From Tubulanus polymorphus (taxonomy: Eukaryota > Animalia > Nemertea), in assembly GCF_964204645.1 (NCBI RefSeq), contig NC_134031.1, positions 9,300,001 through 9,364,000 of the forward strand: a stretch of 64,000 nt of DNA. The letters run 5' to 3'. Made by a program: the position numbers and the translations under genes. Shown piece after piece: positions 12,601-23,245 of this stretch (positions are counted from its first letter, which is position 1; each line of letters starts with the position of its first letter). The notes beneath the pieces were generated by a model. The model searched no databases. It was not told the origin of the DNA and saw only the letters and a list, made by a program, of their open reading frames with translations.

Positions 12601-13644
12601 CAGAGCAGCGATGTCTACATGAAGACGAGATAGCTCCCTGTTGAGAACCGCAGTTTTCCGTACATCAGTTATATTGCGGATGTCATCGTTTAAGCCGGAT
12701 TGCATTGTCCTGACATTCCAGCATCCAAGCTTGAGAGCAAGGGATTTTTTGTGAAGTTTCTCTTTGTCTTTGTTGGTTGGTGCAGAATTTACTGACCACG
12801 TTTCAGAAAACTCCTATACCCCGTGCACCCAGTGGGGCAGGTGGCCAGCGGCGAGACAGCACCTAACTGGCTGAGGGCTGCTCAGCTTGAGGCGGGCGGT
12901 AGCTGTCCAATGAAGTTGAATAACCTCTCCCACCGTCGAAAAGGACCCCTAGCGCCTAGCTGCACGCCGAGTTAGCTTGGGCTTAAAACTGGTAACTGTC
13001 CTTCTCCGTGTTGGTCCTACACGTTCATGTAGCTGGAGTTTCCTCTCCAGGGCGCGTTTGCCTGGGCTGATTTGTTGAAGATACTGCGCAGCCCAAGCTA
13101 ACAGAATCCTCCTCTCGGTCTAGCTGAAGGGGTCCAGAGGAAAGGTAGAACCAGTACGTCTGGCATCAGGTCGACTGCAGCAGCTGCCGGGTAAGTGGTG
13201 GAGTTCAGCACTGACTCCGGATTTTTTATTAGGGGTTTACTCCCTTAGCCTTTCCCAAACCAATGGGACCGCAAGGCAGCGGTGCTAGTTACCCATAGCT
13301 GGGGACTGGATTGGTCAGTGCCAGGGCGTGTCCACACGCCGGTGGGCCATGCGCACTGCACCTCTGGGGCTCCAGTCTGCTCCGAGATCCCTCACAGACT
13401 CTGCCTGGGACCGCAAGGACCCAGTTTACCGTGATGTACCAACTTGGAGGTGCTATGAGAGTCTTGACTAGTAGAGCTGTAAAACCATCAGGAAAGGACT
13501 TACTAATACTGCCCTTCTTTTCGCTCCAAGGAGCTAGATGGTGGTTGAAGCTGGAAGCAAGAAAGACAGGCAAACTACACAACACTACACTACAACACTA
13601 CAGACTAAAAGCCCTGTGCCACCGACACCACACCACACCACACC
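9657..13644 (-). mobile_element. RTE-clade LINE, near full length
   Basis: 13-bp TSD AATTATACCAAAT (9644-9656, 13645-13657); ~850-bp GC-rich 5' UTR beginning with (GGTGT)n; single EN-RT ORF. Confidence 0.92.
9712..12740 (-). pseudogene. RTE AP endonuclease-reverse transcriptase (frameshift near 12420)
   Basis: WNVRTM, ALQETR, GDFNARVG, NYRGISLL, FIDLTKAFD, GVKQGCVLAP, LFADD, RLRWLGHV.RM motifs in ORFs 12424-12705 and 9712-12402. Confidence 0.92.
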
Positions 13645-13861
13645 AATTATACCAAATAAACTTTATGCAAATGTTGATTCTACACTAAATTTTACCTTTT
13701 ACGCATTTTTATATTTACTGCAATTCAATTGATCCTACAAAAACATTTGAAGGAAATAAAAGTAAAATTTTTAAATCTAGTATATTAGATATTTATTAGA
13801 TATATAACAAATTAGCAATTACAAATTTGGAACATTTTTCTTGTCTGTCATACGACATATT

Positions 13862-14410
13862 AGTAATAGGGAATATGGGGGTTCATACCAAAGGTTGAAG
13901 GGGCGAGCTCATAAAAAATAAAGAATAAATTCGTTCGTGCGAGAATTTATTTTTTATGAGCTTCCCTATTACTCTAAATATTCCATATATATGAATAACA
14001 TATAAATGAATAACATATATAAATGAATATTTTATATATGAATAACTTCAAAAATCAATTTTAATAAAAAATTTGATATTTAAATGGAAACTAAACGGGT
14101 GCAAACTATAAATATAACGCATAAGAAATGTTCAAAATGTGAAATAAGTAAGCCATTTACAGAATTTAATAAAGATAAATATTCTAAAGATAGTATTCAA
14201 AGGTATTGTAAAACATGTATTAAGCAATATAAAGCAAATAATTCAGAAAAATATAAAGAACTGAAAAAACAATGGTTAGAAAATCATCCAGGTTATATAA
14301 CAGAATATATGAGAGAATGGAGGTTTAATAATCGAGAACATGTTAAAGCGTATTTTAATAATTATCATAAAGAAAGGTGTCGAACAGATTTTAATTTTTA
14401 AATGAGAGTA
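13862..14410 (+). mobile_element. Truncated Polinton-like end: short terminal hairpin (13862-13973), promoter-like region and 5' part of HNH-type gene (14084-14401)
   Basis: Starts AGTAATAGGG, closes with CCCTATTACT; ORF KKCSKCEISK..EF.K.K.SKD..Q.YCKTC is homologous to 37083-37751 and 56852-57526. Confidence 0.75.
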
Positions 14411-15566
14411 ATTGGAACATCAGGGGTTCAGATCAGAGGTGGTGAGGTCAACACACCACTCATCACCACAAGTAATTTTTTTTATAATAAATGGGAGATA
14501 GAAAGGTATTCTTAGCAACAATAAATGACAGAATAAAACCAGCAAAAAAACAATTTGAAAATATAGCTGCAAAGCAGCGATAACGGGTTTTCTGCACAGT
14601 CTTAGAATCCTGTTCAACGGTGGATTTCGACGAAGCATTTGATAAGGCACAACATCAGCCATTACTAAACAGGCTATTAGGAAACAGTATCAATGATAGG
14701 TCGCCCAAATGGCTCAGCAGTTATCTCTGAACGAAAACTTGTAGCCGAAATCAACGGAACGCCTCATCTTGGAATAAGTCAGTCAAACTAGTGGAGTCAC
14801 GCAAGGTAGTATCCTAAGTTGTCTTCTGTTTAATGTCCTGACATATGACATATACAGTAATCCAACATATACCAGACCGAGTTAATTTCCAAATCGACAT
14901 TAACACGCTGTTCGACCAAAAAACTTAATGTTCCAACAAGAAAATCTTGTTCGAATGAAAACAATTCTGTTTGATCGAACAATACGCTTTTTGCTTGAAC
15001 CAAAAATTTTCTTCATTCTGACAAAAAATGTGTTCGAATAAAAAGCTATGTTATTGTTGAAATGAAAAAATTTTAAGTCCCGGCAAAAAAATTTGGTCGA
15101 GCGAAAACAATTTTTTCGAACGAATGTTTGAATGAAAACAATTCTGTTCGATTGAACGAAATACTTCATACTTTCTGTTCGGAGAAAAAACTTTTTTCAA
15201 TATACTTGTTCGAACGAAAAACTTAATGTTCTGACAAGAAAATTCTGTTCAAATTAAAAAGATTCTGTTCAATTGAACGATTGTTCGAACGAAAAAACCT
15301 TTCGTTTGGACAAAAAAAGTTTGTTCAACTTTGTTCTTACGATTTTTTCAAATTGGTTCAATCGTATAGAATATTATTGGTTCGAACGAAATAAATTTTG
15401 TTCCGACGTAAGAATTTTCAAGCGAAAGGTCTTTTGAACGGAAAAAAAAGATATTTCTGGTGCTCCGCAGTAACTTAAAGCCGGACTTAGGTTGGTCTTG
15501 TTGTGACAGTCGTGTCGCGTTGCAGAAAGTAGAACACGTACGACTCCATGTGACTGGCGTTGCTGA

Positions 15567-16052
15567 AAGATGAGGACGCCAGTGATATGACGACTGAGTT
15601 TCAAGTCGTCAAAACGTGACGATATGTCAACATATTTATGTTGACTTGATGCGATATATCGCGATATTTCGACATAAATATGGCGACTTGTCGAGTTGGA
15701 ACGCGACAACTCGAGGCCCTTTATCACTTCCGTAGATCTTTCATTAAGTAGGATCACTTGAATGATCGCTTTAATATCACCAAAAGCAAAAAGAATCTGC
15801 CAAAATGACCTTAATAAACGACACTATATCTACGGAAGCGATAAGGGGCCTCGAGATGTCGCATTCCAACTCGACAAGTCGCCATATTTATGTCGACATA
15901 CCGCGATATATCGCGTCAAGTCGACATGAATATGTCGATATATTGTGACGTTTTGACGACATATTTCGTTTACTCGACCATTTTCCTCGCGACAAGTCGA
16001 CATATTCATGACGACTTGAAACTCAGTCGTTATATTACTAGCATCCTCATCT
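15567..16052. repeat. Fold-back/MITE-like inverted repeat, ~170-bp arms
   Basis: 15567-15737 is the approximate reverse complement of 15827-16052 (e.g. ATGGCGACTTGTCGAGTTGGAA / TTCCAACTCGACAAGTCGCCAT). Confidence 0.75.
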
Positions 16053-16144
16053 TACATTTAGACATGTCTTCAAATGACGGCTTGTCCCTTGGAAAATGAG
16101 CAAAAAAGCGAAATTTGTTGTGAAAACGTCACGATATGTAAATA

Positions 16145-16745
16145 ATAAAACCAAAGTATTGAATTTTCGCGTGGGACAAAACCAAAATATTGAATTGTCG
16201 CGGGCGACAAAACCAAACTAATGAATTGTCGCGGGCGATAAAACCAAAATAATGAATTGTCGCGGGCGACAAAACCAAAAAAAGAATTTTCGGGGCGACA
16301 AAACAAAAATAATGAATTGTCGAGGGCGATAAAACCAAAATAATGAATTGTCGGGGGCGATAAAACCAAAATAATGAATTGTCGCTGGTGATAAAACCAA
16401 AATATTGAATTGTCGCAGGGGATAAAACCAAAATATTGAATTGTCGCAGGTGATAAAACCGCGACAAAAAAAAAAAATTGTCGCGGGCGACAAAACCAAA
16501 AAAAGAATTGTCGGGGCGACAAAACAAAAATAATGAATTGTCGAGGGCGATAAAACCAAAATAATGAATTGTCGGGGGCGATAAAACCAAAATAATGAAT
16601 TGTCGCTGGTGATAAAACCAAAATATTGAATTGTCGGATTGTCGCAGGGGATAAAACCAAAATATTGAATTGTCGCAGGTGATAAAACCGCGACAAAAAA
16701 AAAAATTGTCGCGGGCGATAAAACCAAAATAATGAATTGTCGCGT
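16145..16745. repeat. 31-bp minisatellite (AAAACCAAAATAATGAATTGTCGCGGGCGAT)n
   Basis: Tandem copies visible directly; same unit at 51750-51937, 52670-53320 and 54575-54805. Confidence 0.95.
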
Positions 16746-17238
16746 GTGGCCTTGAGCGAGACCGATTTTGATTGATTTGGCAGTAAACAAAAAGAAGTGA
16801 AGGTATGCCTCGGCGTTGATAGGTTTACGGTAGACTGAGAAAATCAAATGAGAAAATTTATTGTGAATTAGAACATCTAAAAACGGAATTTGGTCATTTC
16901 GTTCCCATTCAAAAGTGAATTTCAAAGATGGATATTGGGAGTTGATGAAGTCGATAAAAGAGGTAAGATCAAAATTATCAGAAACTAAGCTCAGAATGTC
17001 ATCAACATATCTAATCCAAAAGTTAGGTTTAGAGCCAGCGTACTTAGGGAGAACTTCGGATTCAAAGTGTTCAAGGAAAAGATTAGCCAAAATCGGGGAT
17101 AATGGGTTACCCATAGCGAAACCGAAAATTTGTTCATAGAATTTGTCTTGGAATTGGAAATATAAATCGGTAGTACAGAGTTCCAAAAGTTCAAGTAAAC
17201 ATTCTACAGGAATTGGGAGATCAAGATTGGAGTCCGGG
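16746..17238 (-). pseudogene. Penelope-like element RT, distal part (truncated)
   Basis: FYEQIFGFAMGNPLSPILANLF, WIRYVDDI, LKFTFEWE, IPFLDVLI, VYRKP; joins 49418+ across the Polinton TSD as FLRRKLP-DSNLDLPIPVECLLELLELC. Confidence 0.9.
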
Positions 17239-17650
17239 AGTAATAGGGGTAATGGGCTTTCATACCAAAGGTCGAACGGTCGAGCTCATTAAAAAACAAA
17301 ACATTAAAAGTAATTTAAAACTGTAATATATTTTCATAACCGTGTGTATTTTATATTATAACTAAATATTTATTCTAAGATATCAATAATTTTAATTTTA
17401 AAAGCATATTGTATTAAATCAATTGGTCGCTCCACTTCGCTACCGCTCCGCTCCGCGACCAATTGATTTATTTACAATACACAAATTCATATAATCAAAT
17501 ATATTTTAATAATAATTATTATTCTATTATTCAACTGTAATACACACGGTTATGAAAATATATTATAGTTTTAAATTACTTTTAATGTTTTGTTTTTTAA
17601 TGAGCTCGACCATTCGACCTTTGATATGAAAGCCCATTACCCCTATTACT
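17239..17650. repeat. Left terminal fold-back palindrome of element 1
   Basis: ~112-bp outer arms with 3 mismatches, AT-rich internal bubble, 16-bp inner stem TAAATCAATTGGTCGC/GCGACCAATTGATTTA (17415-17470) with a 24-nt GC-rich loop. Confidence 0.95.
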
Positions 17651-17740
17651 ATTGAAATATTCATGTAAATGAATAACATTTAAATTGACAGATTATTCAA
17701 TATAAAAGTGTAAGCTCTTATAGAATAGATATATAAATAG

Positions 17741-18345
17741 TTATTTTATAAATTTATATTCATATGGAAATTGTAGTCTCAGTAATAATTTTGAACCTTT
17801 ATTATTCTTTAATTTATTCATATATTCATCATGTAATTCAGTAGGTATAATTTGATTTTCTTCTAATGATTGTTGCATAGATTTTTTATCTTTGTTATAA
17901 AATATAACTAGAAATCTTATATTCTCCCTAAAGTCTTTAACAATTGAATTATATTTTTGATTTAAAACCCATGTTGTTATCCCAAAATGTCTCCCAGAGA
18001 AAGCTAGATAACATAACTCACTTTCTCTCACTTTTGAATCATGTAAATTTGCGCAATCATCTACAATGAATAATGTATTTGATCCTTTATAAGTATCAAT
18101 TGCTATTTTTATACAATTATCTAAATTTTCTTTTACTATTTTAGGATCTAATACTTTTTCATCTTAACTATATCTCTATTATATGTTTTATTCATTTCAT
18201 AAGTAGGGCAGAATAATATTATATTATCAAAATGATTCTTATAAATAGTTTCTAACAAATCTAATATGAAATGTGTTTTACCACAATTGGTTACTCCAGT
18301 AACTAACATATTATGCGGTTCAAATATAAATAAATCTTTATTCAT
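17741..18345 (-). pseudogene. A32/FtsK-like packaging ATPase (frameshifted)
   Basis: Walker A GVTNCGKT, Walker B FIVDDC, GRHFGI; two ORF pieces collinear with the intact 59890-60504. Confidence 0.9.
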
Positions 18346-19454
18346 TTATTCTTTTAATTTTACTAGATAAAATCCATTAATTAAATTTATCATCGTATCC
18401 TTTATATTTCACCAAAGAATACTTTTTTCCTTTAAGAGTTTTTGTTTTCAATACTTTTTCTATTTTGTATTCTATTTCATCTGGGTTTGGTACAAGTGAT
18501 AATTCTTGTTCATAGAAATAACCTAATATTTCTTCATCTTTTAAATCTTTTAATTTATAAACAAATGGTTTAGTTAATATTATATTTAATCTTAAATATT
18601 TCTTCTGTAAAATTTGGAGTATAACCTTTATAAAATGTTTTTCTATATTTAGATATTCTTACGTGTTGTCCTATTTTAAATTTAGTTATTCCAAAATCAT
18701 GTGTAACAAATGCTCCGTATAAATTATTCCAAACTATTTCCGAATTATCTTCTTTTCTAGCTTGTATAGGTTTCATATTTATAGAACTATGTTTAGAATT
18801 ATTATAACCTTTCACTAAATCATCTAACACATCGATATATTTATATGATTCATTAGCAGTGAAATATTTCCACATTCTAGTTTTCAATGTTTTATTAAAT
18901 CTTTCTATAATAGATGCTTTTTTATCTGAATGTGTTGGAAAATAATCTACATCGTTATCAGATAATAGTTCTTTAAAATGTTTGTTATAGAATTCCTTAC
19001 CTTCATCAAATTGTATCTTATCTGGAATAGCTTCTTTAAATATAGATTTAAAAGCATTTGTAACTTCTATTCCAGTTTTATTTTTGATTGGAATTGACCA
19101 TGCGTATCTACTGAATATATCTATAACATTTAATATCCAGAAATATCCTTTGTTGTATTCCTCTAAGTTCTTCATGTCAATTAAATCTGCTTGCCATTGT
19201 TGATCGATATATGAAACCATAACTTTTCTTGTTAAATAAGTTTTACCCATTTTCTTGTGGATTTGATATGTTGGTTGATTTTGTAACCATAATCTTAGTT
19301 CACTATATTTTATACCACCGCGTGGGTGCCGTACGGCACCATCACCATTTTCCATATCAGATTTAATTTTATTCCATAATTCTGTAACGTTAGAATATGA
19401 TACTTCACTTTCTGGGTTATAATATAACTCTCTTAAATATTCTTCTTTTTTCAT
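18338..19454 (-). pseudogene. Retroviral-like (rve) integrase with C-terminal chromodomain, frameshifted
   Basis: WQADLIDM, VIDIFSRYAW, FDEGKEF, IERFNKTLK; the tail matches 58809-59897 after a frameshift near 18575. Confidence 0.92.
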
Positions 19455-19460
19455 CTTATT

Positions 19461-19829
19461 TTAATCCATTAATAATAATTTAGATTTAGTTTCAATGACT
19501 TTATGATTTGTCTTATTTTCTGGTATAATAGGTTTATTGTCATTGGAATCATCTTTATCATCGGATTTGAATTTTGATTTATATATTACACCGGATGATA
19601 TAATAATTGTGATTAACCCAATTGTAATATATAAGTAATTATTTCTTCCAGCATTATAAGAATTAGATGGATTGTTATTTGAATCAATATCAGATAAAGT
19701 CTGTGATTCATTTATATCAGTTAATTTCTTTTTCTTAGTTTTTTTTAATTCTGAAGATCTTTTACCTAATTCTCTTGCCCATATAATTTGTTTTTCAGAT
19801 CTAGCCCTTTTCTTAACTCCATCACTCAT
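19461..19829 (-). CDS. Polinton-like basic protein with one predicted TM helix
   Basis: Homolog at 58425-58805; hydrophobic YLYITIGLITIIISSGVIY. Confidence 0.75.
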   Translation of the reverse strand: MSDGVKKRARSEKQIIWARELGKRSSELKKTKKKKLTDINESQTLSDIDSNNNPSNSYNAGRNNYLYITIGLITIIISSGVIYKSKFKSDDKDDSNDNKPIIPENKTNHKVIETKSKLLLMD

Positions 19830-20600
19830 TTATTTTAGTTAATTTTTGTTCTGATTCATTTTCTGTTTCGCTGTTTGGTTGTACAGCGTCATCTGTTTCG
19901 TTCTTACCTGATTTATATTCCATAGGCTTAATATTCGAAAATGTTATGACACCAGTAGAAATAAATGTCATAAACGATCCTAATTGAAAATATAGCTGCA
20001 AAGCAGCGATGACGGGTTTTCTGTAAAGCCATTCAGAATGATGGGAATTGTAGTAAATTGAAATATCGATACATAGAATAAAATGCATTGACAGATTCGA
20101 ACCTAATATGCAACCACTGTGTAAACGTCAAATATGATTCAGCTTTGAAACCGAACATACGTGGACGTACAATCACAAATATTAATATATTTTACCAGGC
20201 ACTTATTTTGGCATTCAAACATCATGATACTGTATTATCACCATCCTTAAAAATGGATCTGTCCTATTAAGAACTCATCTTAAGCACCTGCTGAGCCGAT
20301 AGATTGAGTGAATTCACAGATAAGAACGTATTATGATTTAGAATAGATTAGATTTAAGAAGTTAATGTTTTTATTGAAATATTTGAATAAATACATATAT
20401 TGTAGTGTAGATTCAATCAATAAATTATGAATTGATTTGGTCTGGGTTTCCGGCTGATGTTGATTTTGGCTTTTATGGATTACAAATTCTACTGTGATAA
20501 ACAATTGATACCTGCAACATGTGTGTAAATCAAACCTATTCAACTAGTTGCGTGTGTTTCCTAATAAACGGGAGAGTCACTCTTGATCTGAGTTATTAGA

Positions 20601-21157
20601 ACTAGGGGTCCAGGGACACCATGCCCACTTGGGAAGTGGTTCCAAATTCTCAACAATCTAACAATTCAGTTATCAAAGGTATAAAACATCCCTTTTCAAA
20701 GAATACCCATCACAAATTGCAATGAGAAATGGCAAACTCAGAATTCGGGCCAAAATTGACATTTTTGGGCACTAAAAAAGGTCATAGGGCGGCCATCTTG
20801 AGTCCGTATCCCAATTTTATGCTGCAAAGTTATGCTGATGGGCCCAGGGGCATTCACATATATCCGAAAGATCAAGGTAATTGATCAAAGCATCTTCAAA
20901 ATTTCCCTCAAAAAGTTAAAAAATGTGTAAAAAGTGTTGATTTTGGCGAACAACAATGGCTGCCAGTCGGCCATCTTGATTCTGACAGGGCCAGTTTTTG
21001 AGCTGAAGATTTGTCTAGGGTAGATACATGTGAAACCCAAATATCAAGACATTACATTGAAGCGTCTTCAAAACTTCCTAAAATAACTGATTTCCGTCTA
21101 CGGACGGACGACAAGTGAACGCAATAGCCCGCTGGGACTAAAGTCCCAAGTGGGCTA
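20601..21157 (-). mobile_element. Second HINE/DINE-1-like family, short copy
   Basis: Sub-TIRs CCCACTTGGGA / TCCCAAGTGGG, terminal palindrome GCCCGCTGGGACTAAAGTCCCAAGTGGGC, (GGAC)n microsatellite; longer copy at 53322-54573. Confidence 0.7.
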
Positions 21158-22434
21158 AAAATAATGTTCATTTAGTCATAGAAATTCATTGACTTTTTGG
21201 AGTTTCTGTAATAATATTTGTTCTGCCCTAATTTTTATTACTGTATGAACCAATGATATGCTTTGTAAATATGATGTAATAAAATAAATTTGAATTAAAT
21301 TTGAATATGAGAATCAAGCATAACTTGTGTTTTTTCAACTTGTCTTACTTGTCTTTTGTTAACAGTTCCAGAGTTTCAATAACAATCAAATCCAAATTGG
21401 CTAAAAAGTACATAGGACTAAATGAAATGAACCGTTAGTTACTGCAAACCTATTCCAGTGTTATGTCGATCGTGTTGAATCACTTTCCTTGAGTTGAAAG
21501 AATCAGATCTTCTATGGTACAACATCGGTCATCTTGGTGTTGACTGTCCTTGACCATCTAACTTCATGCGTTTGACATTGGAATTTAGCATCATACCCAT
21601 TTGAACTGCAAAATATTCATACAACATGAAAACCTACAGTACATGTATACAGTAATCAAACTTTCACCGATGTTGGATATTTGAATGAACATTAGGTTTA
21701 TTTCAGTACTCTAAAGCAGGAAATAATAAGCCCAATCAATAGGCCCTATTCCCATTGGAACAATCATATAATGCGTACAGCTGTACCGTACACTTATCAG
21801 TCAAGAATGCAGAAATCGGTATACCAAACCTACGAACAGCAAAATGTACAGGCCTACAATGATTTCTGGTAATACAAGCCGTGACCACATGAACGTTTTG
21901 GTTTGACTATTAATGTCAGCAGGTCAGAGAAGGCCTGGCCAAACTTAATCACATGGCTCAAATCAATTAGCCTTTCTGCGTGTGAATATTTCACTGTATT
22001 GTTTTAAAAATAGGCCTATCGAGTGAATTAGTACATAGACTGAATTAGACTTTAGGCTAGTCCTGACCAAATCCTATCCATATTATAATGGCACCAGTTA
22101 TAGTAACATCACTGTAGGGCCGACGAGAGGGAAAAAGTTGTGTTTGTAGTACATAGGCATGGTAGGCTTGTCGTACTCACTTAATACTTAAAACGCTGTT
22201 GTTACCTGTACGTGACTGTACGGTGATTTCTACAGGTTAGCCATATGTGAGTACGTTGACGCTCAGACTTGCAATATTGGGATTCGAAACCAAACGAAAA
22301 AAAAATCCAGTAGTAGTCCAGTGATTTACCCACTGTGCCACAGAACGTAACTGGTGGTGGATGAAATTTGATTTACAAATAGCCTAGCCTCACCTAGCCC
22401 AAATTCTATTCTTTTACGCATGCGCGTTTGCAGA

Positions 22435-22780
22435 TTATAGGAACTCACGTACAGCGTTTTTAGGGAACTCACGTACGGTTAACCTATGGATATCACCGTA
22501 CAGTCACGTACGCGTTACAATTTCGTACTTAAAATGGTATTGGCTACTAGGAACTCACGTACGGCGTAAGTAGGGAACTCACGTATGGTTTACCTGTGGA
22601 TATCACCTTACAGTCACGTACGCGTTACAGTTTCGTACTTAAAATGGTATTGGCTACTAGGAACTCACGTATGGCATTATAGACTTAGTAGGGACCTCAC
22701 GTACACGGTTAACCTGTGGAGATCACCGTACAGTCATGTGCGGTTAACAACTACGTACTTAAAATGGTATTGGCTTCTAT
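22435..22780. repeat. Three ~110-120-bp tandem repeats
   Basis: GGAACTCACGTA...TCACCGTACAGTCACGT...CGTACTTAAAATGGTATTGGCT repeated; partial inverted copy near 22190-22255. Confidence 0.8.
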
Positions 22781-23245
22781 ATAATAGGCCTATAGACAAA
22801 TAAATACCGGTAGGCTTTTTTATAATCTTAGCTTCCACACTTCACAACCGAACCAACTGACCAACCAGTATATTTAGTCCCAGTACGCACCAACCGGCAC
22901 AGGCCTAACACTGTTTGTCAACTGTGTGTACCGTTGTAGACTATCGATAATCACCTGATACTTTTCTGTCGTTTGTTTTCTCTCTGAGACGAAGACGAAC
23001 GTAATTCTGCAAAAGGTAGAAAGTTTCTAATGTCCGATTACGATTACGATTTATTTACACTCCAACCATTTCCATGGTATATGGAGGAAAACTATTACAC
23101 ATGTATATACAAATATTTACAAAACAACACTAAAGTGATTAAAATTTAGAGAATGAAAACGTAACGAAATATATATATATACATCAACTATTTACAATAC
23201 TATATATACTATTATATACATCAACTATTTACAATACTATATATA

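Larger units (their letters stand above)
9340..13800 (+). pseudogene. Polinton-like minor capsid gene fragment split by the RTE insertion (9340-9656 and 13645-13800)
   Basis: Joined halves read ..KPLPKI*GIIPNKLYANVDSTLNF../FTHFYIYCNSIDPTKTFEG..SSILDI, homologous to KPLAKLLGIAPD..PFTHFYIYCNLIEPTKTFEA..SSILNI at 44977-45340. Confidence 0.75.
14559..16745 (-). mobile_element. Helentron-associated non-autonomous element (HINE-type), copy A left part; probably resumes at ~51100-51367
   Basis: End motif ATATAGCTGCAAAGCAGCGAT.ACGGGTTTTCTG (hairpin plus sub-TIR) shared with 19989 and 51368; 14559-14940 nearly identical to 51368-51745; 51150-51367 resembles 36110-36350. Confidence 0.6.

Noticed and set aside
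12790-13644. Possible HDV-like ribozyme in the RTE 5' UTR
   Set aside because: Known for some RTEs, but I could not build the nested double pseudoknot by eye; needs a descriptor or covariance search.
16070-16745. Overlapping F/W/R-rich ORFs of 150-200 aa, also at 52633-53284 and 54502-54756
   Set aside because: Translations of the 31-bp minisatellite, open in several frames; the tail of the 16218-17186 ORF is the same artefact.
17431-17454. GGAGC repeats in the hairpin loop as an AAV Rep-binding element
   Set aside because: Spacing differs from tandem GAGC, no HUH Rep gene is present, and no flip/flop isomers are seen.
21390-21610. Exon-like minus-strand segment inside the Helentron-type element
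   Set aside because: An acceptor-like site is present but the frames contain stops and no recognisable protein, so gene capture is unsupported.
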